A stretch of 64,000 nucleotides of DNA from Macrostomum lignano. Taxonomy: Eukaryota. Under the pieces are notes generated by a model, which was not told the origin of the DNA, searched no databases, and saw only the letters and a program-made list of their open reading frames with translations. Position numbers and translations under genes: made by a program. Shown here piece by piece: positions 11,578-22,505 of the stretch. Location of the stretch: positions 1 to 64,000 of the forward strand of contig NIVC01003237.1 of NCBI GenBank assembly GCA_002269645.1, written 5' to 3'. Positions within the stretch are counted from its first letter, which is position 1. Each line of letters opens with the position of its first letter.

Positions 11578-14500
11578 ATGGAGGCTGCCAAGACGACATG
11601 TCGGATTTGCTTATCCGAGGCATCGAGCATTGATCTAATATCGCCATGCAGGTGTACTGGAACACAAAAATATGTGCACAATGGGTGCATAATGGTGAGC
11701 ATTCTATAAGAATTATATAGAATCCAATTTTTGTAGTCTTACTCTTAGGCTTATTATAGCCACATATGTTAAATAAGTCTCAGCATTCTGTGTCTGCAGA
11801 GTACATGTATGTACAATGAGAATAAATTGCTTTAAACCTATCAGATTCCAGCCAAACTGAATAAATGTTGTAAGCTTCTGTCAGATAACAGTCAAGAGTT
11901 ACTCTATAGATGTTGTGATATAACAATTACTATATAGTCTTAGATCTAACCTTATTCAACTTAAATCAAGTAATGTATACATCTTGTAAAACACTCTTTA
12001 AAATAACCTAATGAAAAAGATATTGTAAATCTCAACCAGGTTACAGTCAAATTGAGTAGATTCTGTAAATCTCAACCAGGTTACAGTCAAATTGAGTAGA
12101 TTCTGTAAATCTCAACCAGGTTACAGTCAAATTGAGTAGATTCTGTAAATCTCAACCAGGTTACAGTCAAATTGAGTAGATTCTGTAAATCTCAACCAGG
12201 TTACAGTCAAATTGAGTAGATTCTGTAAATCTCAACCAGGTTACAGTCAAATTGAGTAGATTCTGTAAATCTCAACCAGGTTACAGTCAAATTGAGTAGA
12301 TTCTGTAAATCTCAACCAGGTTACAGTCAAATTGAGTAGATTCTGTAAATCTCAACCAGGTTACAGTCAAATTGAGTAGATTCTGTAAATCTCAACCAGG
12401 TTACAGTCAAATTGAGTAGATTCTGTAAATCTCAACCAGGTTACAGTCAAATTGAGTAGATTCTGTAAATCTCAACCAGGTTACAGTCAAATTGAGTAGA
12501 TTCTGTAAATCTCAACCAGGTTACAGTCAAATTGAGTAGATTCTGTAAATCTCAACCAGGTTACAGTCAAATTGAGTAGATTCTGTAAATCTCAACCAGG
12601 TTACAGTCAAATTGAGTAGATTCTGTAAATCTCAACCAGGTTACAGTCAAATTGAGTAGATTCTGTAAATCTCAACCAGGTTACAGTCAAATTGAGTAGA
12701 TTCTGTAAATCTCAACCAGGTTACAGTCAAATTGAGTAGATTCTGTAAATCTCAACCAGGTTACAGTCAAATTGAGTAGATTCTGTAAATCTCAACCAGG
12801 TTACAGTCAAATTGAGTAGATTCTGTAAATCTCAACCAGGTTACAGTCAAATTGAGTAGATTCTGTAAATCTCAACCAGGTTACAGTCAAATTGAGTAGA
12901 TTCTGTAAATCTCAACCAGGTTACAGTCAAATTGAGTAGATTCTGTAAATCTCAACCAGGTTACAGTCAAATTGAGTAGATTCTGTAAATCTCAACCAGG
13001 TTACAGTCAAATTGAGTAGATTCTGTAAATCTCAACCAGGTTACAGTCAAATTGAGTAGATTCTGTAAATCTCAACCAGGTTACAGTCAAATTGAGTAGA
13101 TTCTGTAAATCTCAACCAGGTTACAGTCAAATTGAGTAGATTCTGTAAATCTCAACCAGGTTACAGTCAAATTGAGTAGATTCTGTAAATCTCAACCAGG
13201 TTACAGTCAAATTGAGTAGATTCTGTAAATCTCAACCAGGTTACAGTCAAATTGAGTAGATTCTGTAAATCTCAACCAGGTTACAGTCAAATTGAGTAGA
13301 TTCTGTAAATCTCAACCAGGTTACAGTCAAATTGAGTAGATTCTGTAAATCTCAACCAGGTTACAGTCAAATTGAGTAGATTCTGTAAATCTCAACCAGG
13401 TTACAGTCAAATTGAGTAGATTCTGTAAATCTCAACCAGGTTACAGTCAAATTGAGTAGATTCTGTAAATCTCAACCAGGTTACAGTCAAATTGAGTAGA
13501 TTCTGTAAATCTCAACCAGGTTACAGTCAAATTGAGTAGATTCTGTAAATCTCAACCAGGTTACAGTCAAATTGAGTAGATTCTGTAAATCTCAACCAGG
13601 TTACAGTCAAATTGAGTAGATTCTGTAAATCTCAACCAGGTTACAGTCAAATTGAGTAGATTCTGTAAATCTCAACCAGGTTACAGTCAAATTGAGTAGA
13701 TTCTGTAAATCTCAACCAGGTTACAGTCAAATTGAGTAGATTCTGTAAATCTCAACCAGGTTACAGTCAAATTGAGTAGATTCTGTAAATCTCAACCAGA
13801 TTACAGTCAAATTGAGTAGATTCTGTAAATCTCTCAACTAAATGACAGTCAAATTGAGTAGATTCTGTAAATCTCTCAACTAAATGACAGTCAAATTGAG
13901 TAGATTCTGTAAATCTCTTAACTAAATAACAGTCAAATTGAGAAAATCTGTAAATCTCTCAACCTGACTACACTCAAATTTATTAGATTCTTGCTGTAAA
14001 ATTTTACCAGCTTATTATCAATAACTTCAGTAAAAATTGCTCAAACAAATGAAAACCCACAGGCCTGGATTCACCTCGAAGGTGAGGTTGAGCCAAAAAA
14101 GCTGGCCTGCGAAATCTGCGGCAGCAAGTACAGGATGAAATCCAGGCGTTTTTTCCGGGTATGGACCGCCTTTGCTTGCTTGTGTCTGGGGACAGCAGTC
14201 ATCACCCAGTTCAGTCACACTGCTCAGTCACCAGCCAGTTCAATCACACCCCAGTCACCAGCCAGTTCAGTCACACCCCAGTCACCACCCAGATCAGTCA
14301 CTGCCCAGTCACCAGCCAGTTCAGTCACACTGCCCAGTCACCAGCCAGTTCAGTCACACTGCCCAGTCACCAGCCAGTTCAGTCACACTGCCCAGTCACC
14401 AGCCAGTTCAGTCACACTGCCCAGTCACCAGCCAGTTCAGTCACACTGCCCAGTCACCAGCCAGTTCAGTCACACTGCCCAGTCACCAGCCAGTTCAGTC

Positions 14501-17453
14501 ACACTGCCCAGTCACCACCCAGATCAGTCACTGCCCAGTCACCAGCCAGTTCAGTCACACTGCCCAGTCACCAGCCAGTTCAGTCACTGCCCAGTCACCA
14601 GCCAGTTCAGTCACACTGCCCAGTCACCAGCCAGTTCAGTCACACTGCCCAGTCACCAGCCAGTTCAGTCACACTGCCCAGTCACCAGCCAGTTCAGTCA
14701 CACTGCCCAGTCACCAGCCAGTTCAGTCACACTACCCAGTCACCACCCAGATCAGTCACTGCCCAGTCACCACCCAGATCAGTCACTGCCCAGTCACCAG
14801 CCAGTTCAGTCACTGCCCAGTCACCAGCCAGTTCAGTCACACTGCCCAGTCACCAGCCAGTTCAGTCACACTGCCCAGTCACCAGCCAGTTCAGTCACAC
14901 TACCCAGTCACCACCCAGATCAGTCACTGCCCAGTCACCACCCAGATCAGTCACTGCCCAGTCACCAGCCAGTTCAGTCACACTGCCCAGTCACCACCCA
15001 GATCAGTCACTGCCCAGTCACCAGCCAGATCAGTCACTGCCCAGTCACCAGCCAGTTCAGTCACACTGCCCAGTCACCACCCAGATCAGTCACTGCCCAG
15101 TCACCAGCCAGTTCAGTCACTGCCCAGTCACCACCCAGATCAGTCACTGCCCAGTCACCAGCCAGTTCAGTCACACTGCCCAGTCACCAGCCAGTTCAGT
15201 CACACTGCCCAGTCACCACCCAGATCAGTCACTGCCCAGTCACCAGCCAGTTCAGTCACTGCCCAGTCACCAGCCAGTTCAGTCACACTGCCCAGTCACC
15301 AGCCAGTTCAGTCACACTGCCCAGTCACCACCCAGATCAGTCACTGCCCAGTCACCAGCCAGTTCAGTCACACTGCCCAGTCACCAGCCAGTTCAGTCAC
15401 ACTGCCCAGTCACCACCCAGATCAGTCACTGCCCAGTCACCAGCCAGTTCAGTCACTGCCCAGTCACCAGCCAGTTCAGTCACACTGCCCAGTCACCAGC
15501 CAGTTCAGTCACACTGCCCAGTCACCACCCAGATCAGTCACTGCCCAGTCACCAGCCAGTTCAGTCACACTGCTCAGTCACCACCCAGATCAGTCACTGC
15601 CCAGTCACCAGCCAGTTCAGTCACTGCCCAGTCACCAGCCAGTTCAGTCACACTGCCCAGTCACCAGCCAGTTCAGTCACACTGCCCAGTCACCAGCCAG
15701 TTCAGTCACACTGCCCAGTCACCAGCCAGTTCAGTCACACTACCCAGTCACCACCCAGATCAGTCACTGCCCAGTCACCACCCAGATCAGTCACTGCCCA
15801 GTCACCAGCCAGTTCAGTCACACTGCCCAGTCACCACCCAGATCAGTCACTGCCCAGTCACCAGCCAGTTCAGTCACTGCCCAGTCACCAGCCAGTTCAG
15901 TCACACTGCCCAGTCACCACCCAGATCAGTCACTGCCCAGTCACCAGCCAGTTCAGTCACACTGCCCAGTCACCAGCCAGTTCAGTCACACTGCCCAGTC
16001 ACCACCCAGATCAGTCACTGCCCAGTCACCAGCCAGTTCAGTCACTGCCCAGTCACCAGCCAGTTCAGTCACACTGCCCAGTCACCAGCCAGTTCAGTCA
16101 CACTGCCCAGTCACCAGCCAGTTCAGTCACACTGCCCAGTCACCAGCCAGTTCAGTCACACTACCCAGTCACCACCCAGATCAGTCACTGCCCAGTCACC
16201 ACCCAGATCAGTCACTGCCCAGTCACCAGCCAGTTCAGTCACTGCCCAGTCACCAGCCAGTTCAGTCACACTGCCCAGTCACCAGCCAGTTCAGTCACAC
16301 TGCCCAGTCACCAGCCAGTTCAGTCACACTACCCAGTCACCACCCAGATCAGTCACTGCCCAGTCACCACCCAGATCAGTCACTGCCCAGTCACCAGCCA
16401 GTTCAGTCACACTTCCCAGTCACCACCCAGATCAGTCACTGCCCAGTCACCAGCCAGTTCAGTCACTGCCCAGTCACCAGCCAGTTCAGTCACACTGCCC
16501 AGTCACCACCCAGATCAGTCACTGCCCAGTCACCAGCCAGTTCAGTCACTGCCCAGTCACCACCCAGATCAGTCACTGCCCAGTCACCAGCCAGTTCAGT
16601 CACACTGCCCAGTCACCAGCCAGTTCAGTCACACTGCCCAGTCACCACCCAGATCAGTCACTGCCCAGTCACCAGCCAGTTCAGTCACTGCCCAGTCACC
16701 AGCCAGTTCAGTCACACTGCCCAGTCACCAGCCAGTTCAGTCACACTGCCCAGTCACCACCCAGATCAGTCACTGCCCAGTCACCAGCCAGTTCAGTCAC
16801 TGCCCAGTCACCACCCAGATCAGTCACTGCCCAGTCACCAGCCAGTTCAGTCACACTGCCCAGTCACCAGCCAGTTCAGTCACTGCCCAGTCACCACCCA
16901 GATCAGTCACTGCCCAGTCACCAGCCAGTTCAGTCACACTGCCCAGTCACCAGCCAGTTCAGTCACACTGCCCAGTCACCAGCCAGTTCAGTCACACTAC
17001 CCAGTCACCACCCAGATCAGTCACTGCCCAGTCACCAGCCAGTTCAGTCACTGCCCAGTCACCAGCCAGTTCAGTCACACTCTCACTCGCCCCTCAACCC
17101 CGCAGCCCCGCCTCGTGGTGAATCGAAAATCGCCCATCCTGGCTTTGATTTCGATCGCCCTGATCATGTTCGCCTGCGGCGCTGTGGCCTCAATGCTGAA
17201 ATACTCGCATCTGCTAGACAAAACGCCGATGTCTGAGCTGCACATCTTCAATCCGGGTCTAATACTGAAGCTGCTGGGCCTGCTGCTGCTGTCCGTGTTC
17301 TGCTGCGCAGCCGTGCTGTGCCTGCTGTGCGCGGCTTTCTGCGCCGAGGACTCCCTGCTGAGCTGCGAGCTGACGCGTCGGGAGCTCCGACTAGTTGACC
17401 ATCGGTGTCCTGCCGATCGTAGCGACGACACCGCTGACGTCATGGCCGTATGA
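11578..17453 (+). CDS. MARCH-family RING-CH (RINGv) membrane E3 ubiquitin ligase, 186 aa, 3 exons
   Basis: join(11578..11694,14063..14158,17106..17453), both introns phase 0, GT-AG. Protein MEAAKTTCRICLSEASSIDLISPCRCTGTQKYVHNGCIM|AWIHLEGEVEPKKLACEICGSKYRMKSRRFFR|PRLVVNRKSPILALISIALIMFACGAVASML...GLILKLLGLLLLSVFCCAAVLCLLCAAF...: complete C4HC3 RING-CH followed by two hydrophobic helices. Paralog number not assignable by eye. Confidence 0.92.
12024..13990. repeat. 40-bp minisatellite in MARCH intron 1 (TTCTGTAAATCTCAACCAGGTTACAGTCAAATTGAGTAGA), ~44 identical units then ~4 degenerate units
   Basis: Direct reading; lines repeat with exact 40-bp period from ~12024 to ~13800. Confidence 0.97.
14194..17080. 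repeat. Mosaic 27/29-bp minisatellite in MARCH intron 2 (CAGTCACCAGCCAGTTCAGTCACACTGCC / CAGTCACCACCCAGATCAGTCACTGCC)
   Basis: Direct reading; stop-free on + strand, producing three ~1000-aa ORFs. Confidence 0.97.
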
Positions 17454-17579
17454 ATACGATTGCTTAGTGTGCTCACAGTGCTCACAGGATCATGCTTTAC
17501 TAGGGCCTTGATCAAATTGAGAGATCGTTAATCTCCTTCGGTTTTGTTTCACCCATTTCTGAAGACATTCAATTCTGCA

Positions 17580-17815
17580 GGAGTGGGTTCTAGCCTAGAG
17601 CTTCGGACTCACAACTGAAAGGTCGGGGGTTCGTTTCTCGACTAAATCGGGACAATGTGTCCTTGAGCCTCTGCATTGGTTCAGTTCACCCAGCTGTTAT
17701 GGATGCCAGCATTAGCTGGGGTAATTGTGGGTGTGTGGCGACCCCCCAGTCTTTCAGCTGGCGGTTGCCGCCCCAATAGGGCAGGTGTAATCAGTAATCT
17801 TTAATCCTGCGTCTT
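17580..17815 (+). mobile_element. tRNA-head SINE, family A, copy 2
   Basis: tRNA-like head CTAGAGCTTCGGACTCACAACTGAAAGGTCGGGGGTTCGTTTCTCGAC, core TGTGTCCTTGAGC...GTTCACCCAGCTG, body and end (GGGCAGGTGTAATCA) shared with 5130-5382. Confidence 0.8.
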
Positions 17816-18038
17816 GTAGCTCAGTTTTGTCTTCTTAAACAGTCAGTGAGTTGTCAATCAAGTTGATAGCTAAGCCGATCAATAACCATAATTTACTGGA
17901 GCAGCTACTGCCATAGAGGGTCGATCAATCATTGGCTAGCAATTTGACGATCATTATTCACATTTTTAATGCAGAACAATCCATTACTACAAGCAATGCA
18001 TTGTCTGTAGGATCGTCAAACAGAAAAACAATGCAAAG

Positions 18039-18133
18039 AATCAGCGGTCGCAGCACGTGACAACGATTTGTCTATGGCTCGCGCCTACCGGCGCTCGCCA
18101 GACAATCGTTGTCACGCACTGGGACCGCTGATT
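18039..18133. other. 95-nt long hairpin (31 of 35 bp outer stem plus inner GC stem)
   Basis: 18039-18073 is the reverse complement of 18100-18133 apart from one gap and three mismatches; inner GCGCC-TACC-GGCGC. Confidence 0.7.
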
Positions 18134-18999
18134 ATTTATCCATTGGCAATCAATAGGGGATAGCATAGATAATAAAATTTTTAGTATCTGTGGGGGATAG
18201 TTTCATAAAAAATAAATATTTATGGCCAAATTAATGGCTCAAGGCCAAATCAAGTCGTGAGCAAACGCACTCTTTGGCACAGTATATTCTGTGCTCTTTG
18301 GTTCTGAAAATATTAAAAGAACAATCATTGAATTAAAAAGGCGCTCATATTTTTACATTTTCGTTATTTGAGATCATGTGCTACAAGAAACAGCGTTTTA
18401 ACAATTTTTTACTAAAATGTTTAGTAGACTACTGCTGCAAGACAATAAGTAGTGCAGTAAGTAAGTACTGTATGATATAGTTTTTTTTCAAATTTTTAAA
18501 AATCCTGGTTTTTCAGTGTCAGTTTCGTTTCATGCTTTCAGTTAATAAAAAACATATCAATCCTTTGTCTATGTACATACATATGACCATATTTTGGCAT
18601 TCACTAGCTTGCTACCCCAACGGTGCCAAAGTTATGGGTGCCAATGATTCTCTATACTTTTTATGCACAACTATTTTTATAGCATTTAAATATGATTAAA
18701 ATACCCGTGAGAATGCTGCTGCGTGTACTAAAAGTAGGACCCAGCAGATTCAAGCAATGATTACTGTTGTTTTCATTTTTTAAATTCAGATTTTTACTTA
18801 CGATTCTTTTGGAGTGAAAATATTTGCTTTAAACTGGCCACTAGGGCATTAGTGCCGATGCGAGCGCCATACTGAAGCACGGGCCGCCAGCAAGGGGCGC
18901 TAGCTTGGGAAGAGTACATACGGGAAGAGTACGGCTATCAAAAGTCCCAAACATGGGTTCGATTTTTAAAAAACTTTCTGCACAAGAAGGACCCATTAT

Positions 19000-19530
19000 T
19001 TCGCTATCTAGGGGGCGCCAGAGATAAACACGGAGCGCTATTTAGGGGGCGCCAGAGAGGAGCACGGAGCGCTATTTAGGGGGCGCCACAGGAGCATGCA
19101 CGGAGCGCTATCTCGGGGCGCCACAGGAGCATGCGCGAAGCGCTATCCAGAGGGCGCCACGGGAGCTGAGGAGCATGCACGGAGCGCTATCTAAGGGGCG
19201 CCACAGGAGCTGAGGAGCATGCACGGAGCGCTATCTAAGGGGCGCCACAGGAGCTGAGGAGCATGCACGGAGCGCTATCTAAGGGGCGCCACAGGAGCTG
19301 AGGAGCATGCACGGAGCGCTATCTAAGGGGCGCCACAGGAGCTGAGAGCATGCACGGAGCGCTATCTAAGGGGCGCCACAGGAGCTGAGGAGCATGCACG
19401 GAGCGCTATCTAAGGGGCGCCACAGGAGCTGAGGAGCATGCACGGAGCGCTATCTAAGGGGCGCCACAGGAGCATGCACGAAGCGCTATCTAGGGGGCGC
19501 CAGAAAGGAGCACGGAGCGCTATCTAGAGG
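19000..19530. repeat. 44-bp GC-rich minisatellite (GCACGGAGCGCTATCTAAGGGGCGCCACAGGAGCTGAGGAGCAT)
   Basis: Direct reading; period 44 (19177, 19221, ...). Confidence 0.93.
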
Positions 19531-21599
19531 GGCGTCAGGGACCACAAAGCAGCTAGATACAACCCCTAGATATAAGTCTACGGGTTAGAGACCATTAGAG
19601 GTTCAAGGCGCCAGACCAGTGCACACAGCTGCTGTTCTTCATCAATCTGCATCAAATATAGCGCAGCTTCAGAGCTTATCAATCGACTCTTTCACGGTTC
19701 GCAGGCCCAAGTAAAACTTTCCCCAATTTTAACTGAGTGATTGATTTTTTTGTATTTTTCAAGGAAGAAAAGCTAAAAAAAGAGCTGTCATCATATCATC
19801 ATCACCTATCGAAATTAGCATAATTCATTGAAAAACTCCGACATGAATAATTCATCAGCAACTCAATCGAAGTGCTCAGAAAGTCTAATTCAAACTTCCG
19901 GCTTGGAGTTGGAGTAGGTGATGATGGAGCTGTGAGCCTGGCGGCTGACGCAAATGTGCTAATACATGTAAAACTATACCCCTGCCCAATACTTCCAAAG
20001 AATTTTCTTTTTATTCAAAGCCAAAAAGCAATGGGATGCCAGGGATAAATTGCCGGGGTGACGTCACGCATGGGGCAAGAATGAGCAGACAAAATTCGAG
20101 GTGCAAATGTCAGATCTCCGAGCTGGCAACCCCCCCCCCGAAATCGCTCTCTGCTCCAACAACCGCACCCGACAGCTCAGGATTTGAGCATCGAACACGT
20201 CGATCTTGATTTCCAGCTGACTCCCCTCTATCATCATCCAGTCTCGCTGTGAAATGAAATTTGAGTCGCCGCACTTATCCGAGTTGAATGCCAGGGGGAT
20301 TGGGGCGGGGGGTCGGGAGCGATCAGCTGACTCTGGCGCAACCTTTGGCTGTGGGATATAGATAGGCGGCCCTGTGTGAGGCCTCCGGCGCCTCCCCACA
20401 GTCTCTCAAGTCCTGCAGCCCTGCCGGGTGACTCAGCGCCCCTGTTCTCAAATGAGGAGTGGAAGGTTGGGGATCTGGGATATTATATAGGAGCGGCCTA
20501 GACGCCCCCTTCCATCATCACACATCCATTTAGCAATCCAGCCTCCCGCGCCCCCGCCTCATCGAAAGCGTTTTTGTCTCCGGGCGTCGAGCGCCCCCTG
20601 CCTCCGTCAAAGCCCCTTGCTTCCATTCCTTGCGCATTCAGCCTGAATGGAGAATAATGGGGGATTTCTATTAAGCTCTCCCCATCTCTCTGCAGCCGGG
20701 GGTTGCGTGCTCAGCAGACCCATATTATGGATTTGGAAATCGAGGCAAAAACTGGGAAGGCAAAACTATTCAAGCCCGAAGCTGGTCCATTCTTTTTTCT
20801 AAATTCCTTGGCTTTTTTATTCAATCCTGCCCCGGTACACTTGGCCAGCTGGGACCATTGTTGAGCGGCAGGCGAATGGTTTTCAATGGCTGCAAGGGCC
20901 TCTATATATGAAGTTGTCAGTCCTTATGGAACAATGAAGTCCTTAAACAGCACGCAGTCTTCATCTCACGGGGACTCTAGGATGAATCATTGTTAGATTT
21001 ATCTTATATAGTTTTGCAGCAAAAGGAATCGTTATAATAGAGAAAAGTGGCCTTTGTCACATGTCACTGGTCGGTTTGGACCATAGACATTGATGGATTG
21101 GAGGTCCCGAGTGTGCCGACTGTGTATTTTAGCTGCATGGCGCAGGAAGTTTCTGTTAGGCAAGGCATTGGTCTGCCTTCATTTGGATGTTTTTCTCACG
21201 GAAACTTGTGCCAGAGAAGGGAACTGCCTGTTGGGGGGCTATACAGGTATCATGCTGCTTGGGACACTTCCTCCTCGGCCCCCCACTTGTTCAAACACAA
21301 GTGTGTCTCCCTACTTTGGAACACGATAGCGCTAGCTACAGCAGGCAGAGAAAACGTATCAGATAGTTGTAATCGGAGTACTTACTGGTAGGCTACGTTG
21401 CAGGAACTGTTATTAGCAATAATTAGTTGTTTAAAAATAGCGTTGCTATGCCCAAGCTTCACATCCGCATCTAATCAGCGCTATTCATTTGATCCGAAAT
21501 TATTCAGGACTGAGATTGCTTTCAGTTTGAAACTGGACTGGCTGGTTACAGCAGGCCAACAACACACAGCTTTGCATTGTTGCATGGACTCCTGAGAAG

Positions 21600-22505
21600 G
21601 AGAGTAGGGTAGGGAGGAAAGAGAGGAGTAGGGGAGAGAGAAAGAAGGAACAGGGAGACACGGAGAGAGAGAGAGAGAGAGAGGATAGAGCAAGGACAAC
21701 TAGACTTGACTAGATATAACGAAGTGTTCCTAATGGTCCTTGGGATAGAGATAGAGAAAGAAAAGAGAGGAGAGAGGGAGAGAGGGAAGGGATGAAGATG
21801 GAGAGAGTGAAGAGATGGAGAGGGAGAGAGGAAAGGGATGGAGATGGAGAGAGTGAAGAGATGGAGAGGGAGAGAGGAAAGAGATGGAGATAGAGAGAAT
21901 GAAGAGATGGAGAGGGAGAGAGGAAAGAGATGGAGATGGAGAGAATGAAGAGATGGAGAGGGAGAGAGGAAAGGGATGGAGATGGAGAGAATGAAGAGAT
22001 GGAGAGGGAGAGAGGAAAGAGATGGAGATGGAGAGAGTGAAGAGATGGAGAGGGAGAGAGGAAAGGGATGGAGATGGAGAGAATGAAGAGATGGGAGGGA
22101 GAGAGGAAAGGGATGGAGATGGAGAGAATGAAGAGATGGAGAGGGAGAGAGGAAAGGGATGGAGATGGAGAGAGTGAAGACAGGGAAGAGGGAGAGAGGG
22201 AAGGGATGGCGATGGAGAGAATGAAGAGATGGAGAGGGAGAGAGGGAAGAAGGAGAGATTGAGAGAAAAGAAATGGGGGGAGAATAAGAGGGGAGAGAGT
22301 GAGATGATAGATGAGATGCGAGAAAAAGAGCGGGAAGAGTGGGAAAAGGAGAGAGAGAGTGAGAGAGAGAGGGAGAGAGAGAGAGGGAGAGAGAGAGGGA
22401 GAGAGAGAGAGAGAGGAGAGAGAGGGAGAGAGAGAGAGTGAGAGTGAGAGAGAGAGAGGGAGAGAGAGAGAGGGAGAGAGAGGGAGAGAGAGAGAGAGAG
22501 AGAGA
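21600..22505. repeat. Purine-rich (GA) tract containing ~46-bp tandem units and (GA)n microsatellite
   Basis: Direct reading; explains S/L-rich and E/R-rich ORFs. Confidence 0.92.

Noticed and set aside
14161-17121. 986-aa and 1093-aa repeat ORFs as genuine large proteins
   Set aside because: They arise from a stop-free 27/29-bp array inside a well-supported GT-AG intron; all three forward frames give the same peptides. Only the last 115 aa of the 14172 ORF are a real exon.
19780-19960. Possible minus-strand exon (TFASAARLTAPSSPTP...)
   Set aside because: Short, no homology recognised and no partner exons found.
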